Below are positions 39,240 to 47,321 of a stretch of DNA of 62,900 bases, in pieces. Position numbers and translations under genes: made by a program. A model generated the notes under the pieces. That model saw only the letters and a list, made by a program, of their open reading frames with translations. It was not told the DNA's origin and ran no database searches. Each line of letters opens with the position of its first letter. The stretch's first letter is position 1. The stretch is from an uncultured Lachnospiraceae bacterium (GTDB taxonomy: Bacteria; Bacillota; Clostridia; Lachnospirales; Lachnospiraceae): the NCBI GenBank assembly GCA_947063675.1, contig CAMSTM010000001.1, positions 1 to 62,900 of the forward strand. Reading direction: 5' to 3'.

Positions 39240-40388
39240 TTATTTTAAGTAATCGTCCAGGTCGTAAACCGTGTTGATTTTGCCTGAGAGCACACTGACA
39301 AAGGTAGGATTTGCGCTCATCACCCTGATTGCCGTGGGCCTTGAATCGTCCACCTCCGAGCTCTTTAAAATCGGCTTCATGGAATACAGCGATTCCACAT
39401 AGGTATAAGCGTACTCCGGCTTCATATATTTATCCGCCAGATGAGACATATAAGGCCATGCCGACTCCGGCTTGTTGGGACAGGTGCTGCAGTTCCCCAG
39501 GTTTTCCGGCGAACAGCTCCCCTCCATACCATTCTGACAGGAAAAAGACGGCCTTGCGTCATAGCTTGTAATATGAGGCGTAAACGTAACCGCCGTCAGG
39601 GAATGAAGCCCCGTCTTTCCAAAAGGCATAATGGAAAAGAAAGGCCCGTCCATCACGGTAATTCCGATATCCTTCAGCTGCTCTGACGGCTTACAGAGAA
39701 TAATTTCACAGAGCTCATATTTTATCTGAAACATTTCCCCGGCAAAACCGCCTGAGGACGCATCCTCCACCTTGCCGATTATCTGATTAACCGAAGCATA
39801 AGTCGCGTTCAGCACGTAGCCTGTCTCATAGCTCTTCCCATCCGCCAGAACTATCTCATAGGTTTCTTCTCTTTTTACAATTTTATCAATCCGCGCATGG
39901 AACAAAAAAGTTGCCGCGCTGTTCCCGAAAAGCCTGTCCTCATAGTATTTTTGCAGGATTTTTGCGTCGTAGGTATATTCTTCCGTGAGAAAAGCGCCAT
40001 CGCACATCCCGTCTTTAAAATACTTGGAAGAAGCGACCTCCTCGCATTTGATTTCCGACGCCCGGCAGAATTCCTGAAACTGTTTTGCGTTTGTCCAGGA
40101 AAATTTCCCCGATGTGGCATAAATCTGCTCGAACTTATCATGAATACAGAAACCAAAATCCTCTGTAAACCGCCTGAAATACCCGGCGGACTTTACCGCT
40201 GTTGTCAGGCTTCTGGGATAATGATAGCCCATGTGAACCCTGGCCTGATTAATATAAGTAGCCCTCTGAAAAGGCGCGTCGTCATATTCAAGCACCAGAA
40301 CCCTCTGCCCTCTTTCCGCACAAAAGGCGGCGGCGTACAGACCGTACAATCCGGCCCCGATTATAATTTTGTCAAACCGCTCACTCAT
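39240..40388 (-). CDS. FAD-dependent oxidoreductase (DAO/LhgO-like fold)
   Basis: GAGLYG, NQARVHMGYHYPRS, MDGPF and SGKI. Confidence 0.75.
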   Translation of the reverse strand: MSERFDKIIIGAGLYGLYAAAFCAERGQRVLVLEYDDAPFQRATYINQARVHMGYHYPRSLTTAVKSAGYFRRFTEDFGFCIHDKFEQIYATSGKFSWTNAKQFQEFCRASEIKCEEVASSKYFKDGMCDGAFLTEEYTYDAKILQKYYEDRLFGNSAATFLFHARIDKIVKREETYEIVLADGKSYETGYVLNATYASVNQIIGKVEDASSGGFAGEMFQIKYELCEIILCKPSEQLKDIGITVMDGPFFSIMPFGKTGLHSLTAVTFTPHITSYDARPSFSCQNGMEGSCSPENLGNCSTCPNKPESAWPYMSHLADKYMKPEYAYTYVESLYSMKPILKSSEVDDSRPTAIRVMSANPTFVSVLSGKINTVYDLDDYLK

Positions 40389-40444
40389 ATTTGAACCCTT
40401 TCCTGCTTTATGCCAACACTCCGGGCATCCGGTGTTGTCAGATT

Positions 40445-41968
40445 TTACTCTTCCCCGGGAACCGGAATTTTATAAATCGTGTATTCTTCCCCTCTTGCAG
40501 TTTTCTCCTCTGTCCGGTACAAAACCTCATACTCCCCGAGTCTCCCGCCGTCCATAATGCAGGAACCGCCCGAATCCAAAAGGTAAAACATATCCCTGTC
40601 CCCGAATTTTGTCCGAACCAGATTCAGCAGCTCCTCAACTGTAATCCGCTTCTCCTGCTCCTCATTATAATCCGCGTAGGAAGCCCTTTCCCCATTTCCC
40701 GCAAAATAAAACCTGTGTTTCGGAAGCCATGCAAGAACCGTGGAGGCCATGGACACATTGGATGAAAAAACAAGTTCTTCCTTTCCGATATGCCGCTCGA
40801 TATATTCTGCCGCTCCCTGCCCGTCCGAGTAAAGCCCGTGCAGTGCATTATCCAGGCTGGAAGTTTCCTCTCCGGAGTTCCACTGCATAAACATACTTAC
40901 GCACAACGTTAAAAATAACACCTGTATTTCTAAAAGCAGTCCGGCGCCCGCCCTGTCTGTCAGTCCCTTTTCCTTCCTCTGAGCGTCCAACACCCATAAC
41001 GTCCAAATCAGTGCAAAGCAAAGGGCTATGAAATGCCAGATATGGAGCTGATACACGATAACGCTGAACACCGCCTCAAACAGATATGCAGAAACCATCA
41101 CCGCAGCCGCCCACAGACTTCTTACACGGACAGAAAGCGCCAGAAGGAGGATGAGAAACAAAAGGAGCATAAGACTGCAAAAGCCCTGTCCCCTCCCTGT
41201 CAGACGCTCCATAATCCAGAGACTGTAATTTCTGATTTCGCTCAAAAACTCACGTCCTTCGGGAAATCTCATCTGAAACGCCGCGCTGTCCGATACCTGA
41301 TAAAACTGCGCAGCCCACAAAAAAAGACTGGCCAGAGGTATCCAGATTCCCTTCACAATGCCCCAAAGCGCCGCCGGAGATTTTTCCTTAAAGCTTCGCC
41401 ATAGATTTTCGCACAGCCACATCAGCGAAATCATGCCCGCCGCCGCAATCGCTATGGTGTCGGCCTGAACCAGAAGCCCCAGAAGCAGCCCGTAGCAAAC
41501 AGCTTTTTCATTTCGTTTTGGATAACACACAGCCAATAATATCAAAATAAGCGCTATCAGGCAATAATTCCTTGCAATATCCGCATAAAAATAAGAAAAA
41601 GCCGGGCTAAACAGACTCGCCGCCTTCACAAAGGGATGAATCGGAGCCCTGAACAGATAAATACCGGCGGTTACTGCCATGATGGAATAGCTGATAAACC
41701 CTATTGACCGGAAAGGCAGCCCCAGCTTTGCAAAGGGCATCACAATCAGATACCACAGACAGGGGTGGCCCTGATACCGGATTTCCGCAAAGAGTCCCGC
41801 CGGCGACAGCTCCCTTGCCATAAGCCAGACATTTGCCTCATCCCGCCAGGGCTCATGGCGCGCCAGCAAAAGCCCGTTAAACGCCAGATATACGGCAAAC
41901 GCGCAAAACAAAATCAAATTTAAAATTAACTTTTTATCCAACTGCATCTTATCTTTTACTGTCTGCAT
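40445..41968 (-). CDS. GT-C-like multi-TM glycosyltransferase
   Basis: HEPWRDEA first-loop motif, GHPCLW and ARNY; many TMs. Confidence 0.65.
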   Translation of the reverse strand: MQTVKDKMQLDKKLILNLILFCAFAVYLAFNGLLLARHEPWRDEANVWLMARELSPAGLFAEIRYQGHPCLWYLIVMPFAKLGLPFRSIGFISYSIMAVTAGIYLFRAPIHPFVKAASLFSPAFSYFYADIARNYCLIALILILLAVCYPKRNEKAVCYGLLLGLLVQADTIAIAAAGMISLMWLCENLWRSFKEKSPAALWGIVKGIWIPLASLFLWAAQFYQVSDSAAFQMRFPEGREFLSEIRNYSLWIMERLTGRGQGFCSLMLLLFLILLLALSVRVRSLWAAAVMVSAYLFEAVFSVIVYQLHIWHFIALCFALIWTLWVLDAQRKEKGLTDRAGAGLLLEIQVLFLTLCVSMFMQWNSGEETSSLDNALHGLYSDGQGAAEYIERHIGKEELVFSSNVSMASTVLAWLPKHRFYFAGNGERASYADYNEEQEKRITVEELLNLVRTKFGDRDMFYLLDSGGSCIMDGGRLGEYEVLYRTEEKTARGEEYTIYKIPVPGEE

Positions 41969-41980
41969 GCCCCCACCGTT

Positions 41981-42865
41981 TCAGCGCCGTCCCCCAAAAT
42001 CCCTGTCCTTAAGCGTTCCCTCCGCCGCCGTCACTTTTCCGCCGGAAAGCAGATAGCTTTTCAGATTCCGCTGCAAAGAAGTGCTTTCCGGCAAATCCTT
42101 AAGCGGAATATCCGGCCTTTTGAATACCCATGTCATAAATTCTCCCTCGTCAATCCCCAGAGAATTCGTCACAAAATAATCCTGAAATCCTAAAATCTTC
42201 GAGGAAGGCGGCAGTACCTCCTTTAACGTGGGCGATAACAGCCAGGACTCGCACCTTATCTCCGCCCCGGCATACGCGGTAAATTTTTCGGCAAAAAACT
42301 GACGTGCCATATGAACAGAGCCCTCTATCCCCTCTGCAGTCAGCCTTGCGTCCGACGGAATGTGCAGCCAGATACATCTCTCATTTTCAGTGCTTTCCCC
42401 GGCTTCCTTTCCGCCTGCGGACCTTGTATTATCAGTATCGGGAATTTCCGCCACCTCATATTCCAGTTCTCCGATTCTAAAAAGCAGCCCCGAAATCTGT
42501 CTGGGCGTCCACCATTCCCTGTCAAAACCATAACTGCCGTAGCTTTCTTTGTGTTCCTTCACAAACCGGCTGAAGCATTTCATAGTATCCACATAAATCT
42601 CTTCCGAAATTCCGTGCTTTTCATACATTTCAAAGGTTTTCAGCGCGCAAGAAAGCTCGCAGGCCAGAATGCCGAAGCCGCCCGTGTCTTCCCCGATATG
42701 CTGCTTTAATTCCGCAAGCCCCGCTTTCCATGTGGCAGTGCGAAAAAGCTTTTCCATGGAAGCGCGGAGGCTGCCGTCATCTGACAGTCTTTCGTATCTC
42801 AAAATACCGTCCGTCGCTTCCGCCGGCATGGATATTTTGTCACATAACTCTTTTAAACTTTTCAT
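41981..42865 (-). CDS. Acyltransferase-domain / GNAT-like protein (DUF5596-like)
   Basis: FRIGELEY, HIPS, CESWLL and TSLQR motifs. Confidence 0.65.
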   Translation of the reverse strand: MKSLKELCDKISMPAEATDGILRYERLSDDGSLRASMEKLFRTATWKAGLAELKQHIGEDTGGFGILACELSCALKTFEMYEKHGISEEIYVDTMKCFSRFVKEHKESYGSYGFDREWWTPRQISGLLFRIGELEYEVAEIPDTDNTRSAGGKEAGESTENERCIWLHIPSDARLTAEGIEGSVHMARQFFAEKFTAYAGAEIRCESWLLSPTLKEVLPPSSKILGFQDYFVTNSLGIDEGEFMTWVFKRPDIPLKDLPESTSLQRNLKSYLLSGGKVTAAEGTLKDRDFGGRR

Positions 42866-42955
42866 TGGTTTTTATACGCCCCTGTTTTTCTGATTCTTTT
42901 ATTTTACCATAATCGGTATGTGAATGACACTAAATTTTTCTTTATTCCTGCGGGC

Positions 42956-43001
42956 AAAAAAGCCGGCTATGCGTCATCATTTTCTTTTTGCATAACCGGC
43001 T
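42956..43001 (-). terminator. Rho-independent terminator after the small ORF
   Basis: AGCCGG(T)TATGC...GCATA(G)CCGGCT followed by a T tract on the minus strand. Confidence 0.7.
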
Positions 43002-43048
43002 CTTTTCTTTTCCTTATTTAGTTGTCTTTTCATGCCGTCTGTTCTCTC

Positions 43049-43180
43049 TTACTTTCTAAGTAAAAGATAGCTTTCAAATGCACTGCGGTCATCAGATAAT
43101 GCTGCCAGACTGCACATAATTTCTGCGGCATGCTCCTCGAAATATTTTTTGATATTCTTTTTCAATCCTACGATACTCAT
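43049..43180 (-). CDS. Small 43-aa protein (not in the ORF track)
   Basis: MSIVGLKKNIKKYFEEHAAEIMCSLAALSDDRSAFESYLLLRK with AAGGAG RBS, an extended -10-like TGGTATTGT and its own terminator. Confidence 0.7.
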   Translation of the reverse strand: MSIVGLKKNIKKYFEEHAAEIMCSLAALSDDRSAFESYLLLRK

Positions 43181-43303
43181 AGCTTTAATCTCCTTTTCTG
43201 ATATTGCTTTGTTTCTTGTTTACAATACCATTTTACCGGAAAACAGCTATGATACCAGAGGTTAATTTGACTTGTTTTACGGCGATGTTGACCTGCGATA
43301 TAA

Positions 43304-44152
43304 TTAATTTTTTACCTGCCGCCCCTCATGGTTCATATGGTACCCCTCCCGATAAATCAATTCCGAAATCGGCACGAAAGTATATCCTTCATTTTTTAAT
43401 GTGGCAATCAAAGTGTCCAACGCCTGCGCTGTATATTTCGCCCCATTATGGCACAAGATGATGGAGCCGTTTCCAAGATGCTTGTGCCGGGTAACTGTCT
43501 TGATGATGGAGTCTACGCCGTAGTCCTTCCAGTCAAGGGAATCAACATCCCATTGAATGGTAAAATATCCGCAATCCTTTGCCACATTCACCACCGCATT
43601 ATCGTAATCCCCATAGGGCGGCCTGAACAGGAACATTTCATAGCCTGTCAGCTCCTGTACCTTTGTGTGCACCTTCATCAACTCTTCCTTTTTTTCCTCA
43701 TCGGACAACTGACTCATGTTCTTGTGATTTTCACTGTGGTTTCCAAGGTCGTGACCTGCTGCCAGGATAGCCTTCACATCGTCAGGATAGCTCTCCACCC
43801 ATCCCCCCGTCATAAAAAACGTGACATGTATGTCATGTTTTTTCAAAATTTCCAGAATTTTAGCCGTATCCTCATTCCCCCAGGCTGCATCAAAGCTGAG
43901 CGCAATCTTTTTCTCCGGCGTATCCACGCAGTAAATCGGCAGTTCCCGGCCATCTACGCTGTTGCTCACCGTCACGTTTTCCCCCGCCACCACAAGCATC
44001 CCCCGAAGTATGGCAAAAGCCGTCAGTGCAAACACGCCATATTTTAACCCTAAAAGCACCCTCTGCCTGGCATATTCCTCTCCGCTCTGCCCCTCTTTTT
44101 TCGGAGGAAAAAGCCTTATCTTCTGTCTGATTTTTTCTATGTACCCTTTCAT
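43304..44152 (-). CDS. Polysaccharide deacetylase, PdaB-like (CE4)
   Basis: SFDAAW, NHSENH, RPPYG, DSLDW and LCHN; one N-terminal TM. Confidence 0.85.
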   Translation of the reverse strand: MKGYIEKIRQKIRLFPPKKEGQSGEEYARQRVLLGLKYGVFALTAFAILRGMLVVAGENVTVSNSVDGRELPIYCVDTPEKKIALSFDAAWGNEDTAKILEILKKHDIHVTFFMTGGWVESYPDDVKAILAAGHDLGNHSENHKNMSQLSDEEKKEELMKVHTKVQELTGYEMFLFRPPYGDYDNAVVNVAKDCGYFTIQWDVDSLDWKDYGVDSIIKTVTRHKHLGNGSIILCHNGAKYTAQALDTLIATLKNEGYTFVPISELIYREGYHMNHEGRQVKN

Positions 44153-44180
44153 AAAAAGCACCCGTTATTGTTATTGCTAC

Positions 44181-44210
44181 AGTTTATGAAAGGAAAGTTT
44201 GACCATATAC
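44181..44210 (-). promoter_or_regulatory. Candidate SigE (mother-cell) promoter
   Basis: Minus strand GTATA-N17-CATAAACT upstream of the pdaB-like gene; pdaB is SigE-dependent in Bacillus subtilis. Confidence 0.45.
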
Positions 44211-44230
44211 CATATGAAGTACGTTTCTCC

Positions 44231-45100
44231 TTAAAACAGGCTCATTTGCTCATACCCCTTATCCTTCGGGAACTCATAAAGCCAGGCAAATATTTTATTC
44301 ATATCGCTTACAATGTTGTTTTTCCTGCATATTTCATGAAACCTGCTCATAAGCTCTCTGTTGTTGTCGCTGACCACCTCGTAGGCATAACCGTATTTTC
44401 TGTGGTATCTCTCCCGCATTCCGGGAAAATGCTCATCCAGCTTCCGGTAAAAATATTCCCTGTCGCCCTCCCGGAGCGTCACACCGATTCCGAAGCAAAT
44501 CACGCCGTACACTCCCGCTTCTATACAGTAATCCAGAATTCCCTCCATATTTTCCCGCGTATCATTGATAAAAGGCAGCAGCGGGGAAAACCACACCACT
44601 GTGGGAATGCCGTTTTCCCGAAAAATTTTCAAAACCTCAAATCGTCTCTTTGTCGTACAGACCTTCGGCTCCAGGATTTTGCACAAATCCTCGTCACAGG
44701 TGGTAAGCGTCATCTGCACCACGCACTTCGCCTTCCGGTTAATGCTCCTTAGTAAGTCCAAATCCCGCAGAATCCTGTCGGACTTGGTCTGTATGGCAAG
44801 CCCGAACTCATAACGGTCTATCAGTTCAAGGCATCTCCTTGTAAGCATCAGCTGCTCCTCACAATGCATATAAGAATCGCACATGGCTCCCGTTCCAATC
44901 ATGCACTTTTTTCTTTTGGAACGGAGCGCTGCCTCCAAAAGCTCCGGGGCGTTCCGCTTCACCTCAACATCCTCAAAATCATGATTTATCTGGTAGCACC
45001 TGCTGCGGCTGTCGCAGTAAATACAGCCGTGGGTGCATCCCCGGTACAGATTCATGCCGTTTTTTGCCGATAAAATCCCTTTTGCGTCTACAAAATGCAT
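44231..45100 (-). CDS. Radical SAM protein (SplB/Rv2578c-like)
   Basis: YRGCTHGCIYC and TKSDRILRD. Confidence 0.85.
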   Translation of the reverse strand: MHFVDAKGILSAKNGMNLYRGCTHGCIYCDSRSRCYQINHDFEDVEVKRNAPELLEAALRSKRKKCMIGTGAMCDSYMHCEEQLMLTRRCLELIDRYEFGLAIQTKSDRILRDLDLLRSINRKAKCVVQMTLTTCDEDLCKILEPKVCTTKRRFEVLKIFRENGIPTVVWFSPLLPFINDTRENMEGILDYCIEAGVYGVICFGIGVTLREGDREYFYRKLDEHFPGMRERYHRKYGYAYEVVSDNNRELMSRFHEICRKNNIVSDMNKIFAWLYEFPKDKGYEQMSLF

Positions 45101-45122
45101 CTGTCTCCTGCCCCGCGCTCAG

Positions 45123-45154
45123 AAAAAGGAGCCGCCCTTTTGCGGCAGCTCCTT
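45123..45154 (-). terminator. Rho-independent terminator after GH79
   Basis: AAGGAGCTGCC...GGCGGCTCCTT followed by T's on the minus strand. Confidence 0.65.
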
Positions 45155-45216
45155 CCTCCTGCTTTCCTTTTTAAAACTTCTCCTACATCACATGCCAACA
45201 GGCTCTCTTCCCAAAA

Positions 45217-46746
45217 TTACATAACAAAAAATGTACAGGTTCCCGGCGCAAGCTCCACGCATCCGGCTTCCTGCGTAACCGGTTTCATTTCCGGCAGCGC
45301 ATTCCCCTCGCCCAGAACAAGCGGCTTGTCGTTCAGTGTCATTACCGTCGAACGCACTTTCCCGTTTTCGCCTGCCAGCGTATAGCGCTGTGCCTCCTTC
45401 GGAAGCTCGACAGTTGTGGCCTCCGTCAGGGAATTGTTAATAATCAGGTAAACAACGCCGTCTTTTCCGTCCTTGCGTGAATGGGCAAACACATGGGCGC
45501 CCTCGCGGATTGCTTCCCCGGAATCGTAAACCGTACTTCCCATCAGTCTGTTCCACAAAAGAACCGCAAAGTAATTGGGACGAGGGTCAAACACTTCTCT
45601 TGCAAGGAAGCCGTAATCGGAGGATGCCAGTGTGTTATGGAAAATCACTCCGTTGGTGATGGACGCAAAACCGCCAAGCTCGTTTAATGTCCGCAATACA
45701 TCCAGATAGGTGGAGGCCCAGGTATCTCCGCCGCCGCCGGCATCGCCGGACTCCGTCACCCACATTTCCCCGCCGGGGCAGTACTTATCCCGCATGGGCG
45801 CATAGGTGCGTGCAAAGTTAAGAGCCGTAGCCAGATAAGGCTCGCTGTTTGCCTCTTCCGCCTGCCAGTGACCTGCGGGCATAACGGATGCAAGACGCTC
45901 CGAAATCCCGTTGTAATAGTGATAACTGAACACATCGAGAGGCTCCTTCGTGCCTTCCATCAAGTCCGCACATCCGCAGCTGTTACGCACAAGCTGCTCG
46001 ATGCCGCCTGATTTTCCTGCATCTCCCTTTCCAAAAGTAACGTTGTCTCCGCCTGTGGTACTCGGCCCCACACAGAGACAGTCAGGATAATTGGCCCGCA
46101 GCCATCCGAAGAACAAATCCTGGTCCCTGCGGTAATGCTCCGGTGTATAGCCTTTCGGGAAGCCGGTATCCTCCATCATGTTAGGCTCATTGGCAAATTC
46201 CGCTGCATTGATGGGAACTCCGTACTCCTTGCTTAAGGAAAAGAGCTTTTCGGCCTCCGCCGGATGCCAGGGTTCCTCCGCGCTGTGCAGTCCGGGGCAG
46301 TTTGCCACGGAAACAATCAGCTTCGCGCCGATTGCCTTCACAAAGTCCAGAACGCCAATCCACTGTTCTTTTGTCAGTACATTCAAATAGCCTTCCGGCG
46401 CCTTGCCGCCGGTAGTACCGTCAAAATCATAGTAAGTCTTAGTCGCCCATGTTCCTGAAACGCGCACCCATACCGGGCCAAATTCTTTCGCTAACGAACG
46501 AAGCTTCTCGTTGTACAGGTCAATGGGCGCATAAACCTGCATTAAATCCTTGTACATTGCCGCAATTCCTTCGGAAGTGGGCGTCACGTTAAATTCCTCT
46601 GTTCCGGCAATCTGTCCGGGCGTGTAAGCCTTCCAGAATGTGCCTCCCGTTACCTCGGCAAATTCCACATTATAGGACATCATCATCGGATTCACTTCCC
46701 GGAGCTTTTTTAGCTGCTCAGGATTCAGTTTTACAAATTGGGACAT
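45217..46746 (-). CDS. GH79-like beta-glucuronidase / heparanase-like hydrolase
   Basis: RVSGT, ANEP (acid/base), SYHYY, WVTESG (nucleophile) and PRPNY. Confidence 0.75.
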   Translation of the reverse strand: MSQFVKLNPEQLKKLREVNPMMMSYNVEFAEVTGGTFWKAYTPGQIAGTEEFNVTPTSEGIAAMYKDLMQVYAPIDLYNEKLRSLAKEFGPVWVRVSGTWATKTYYDFDGTTGGKAPEGYLNVLTKEQWIGVLDFVKAIGAKLIVSVANCPGLHSAEEPWHPAEAEKLFSLSKEYGVPINAAEFANEPNMMEDTGFPKGYTPEHYRRDQDLFFGWLRANYPDCLCVGPSTTGGDNVTFGKGDAGKSGGIEQLVRNSCGCADLMEGTKEPLDVFSYHYYNGISERLASVMPAGHWQAEEANSEPYLATALNFARTYAPMRDKYCPGGEMWVTESGDAGGGGDTWASTYLDVLRTLNELGGFASITNGVIFHNTLASSDYGFLAREVFDPRPNYFAVLLWNRLMGSTVYDSGEAIREGAHVFAHSRKDGKDGVVYLIINNSLTEATTVELPKEAQRYTLAGENGKVRSTVMTLNDKPLVLGEGNALPEMKPVTQEAGCVELAPGTCTFFVM

Positions 46747-46881
46747 AATTATCTCCTTTCACGGCATCCTCCAATGCCATTGCACAATTTCTTTGATTCA
46801 GTATAACAAATCCCATAAAAAATGCATAGAATTTTCAACCAAAATACGATTTTTCCCAAATATTGTCTGCAAAATTTGTTG

Positions 46882-46910
46882 TTGACATTTCAGGAAAGTT
46901 ATAGTAGACT
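46882..46910 (+). promoter_or_regulatory. SigA promoter of the valS leader
   Basis: TTGACA-N17-TAGACT. Confidence 0.75.
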
Positions 46911-46924
46911 TATCAAAAATTAAA

Positions 46925-47271
46925 AAGGACAAAGGCTTTGACGAGGAGGAGTACATATCTTTTCCGATGCACAGAGAGAAAGCGGTTGGTGTAAGCTTTT
47001 CTGAAGAAAGTATGGAAGTGGCCTCTGAGCTGTGAACAAACGCTGCACACTTCATAAGTCAGCTTATTGTAGCGAAAGGAAATCTTATAAATTTCCAAGT
47101 AGCCTTCACCGGATTTCCACCGTAACAGGGAAACAATATCGGATATGTGGCAGTATCGCGCCTGCGGTCCCGTATTGATTAAGCGCGGAAGGCTCATGCT
47201 TTCCGAATTTGGGTGGTACCACGGACTTTGTTCGCCCCGGAGTAATTTGACGTTGCTCCGGGGCTTTTTTT
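46925..47271 (+). ncRNA. T-box riboswitch (Val)
   Basis: Stem I with AGTA/GAA loop E, AGAGA and GGTG boxes. T-box GGTGGTACCACGG at 47212-47224; terminator GCCCCGGAG..CTCCGGGGC-T7. Confidence 0.9.
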
Positions 47272-47321
47272 GTAGTGACGGCAAATGCAGGACATAGCAG
47301 GGAAAGAATGGAGGTTATTTT

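Noticed and set aside
46913-47284. Minus-strand ORFs over the valS leader
   Set aside because: The region is explained by the T-box RNA on the plus strand.
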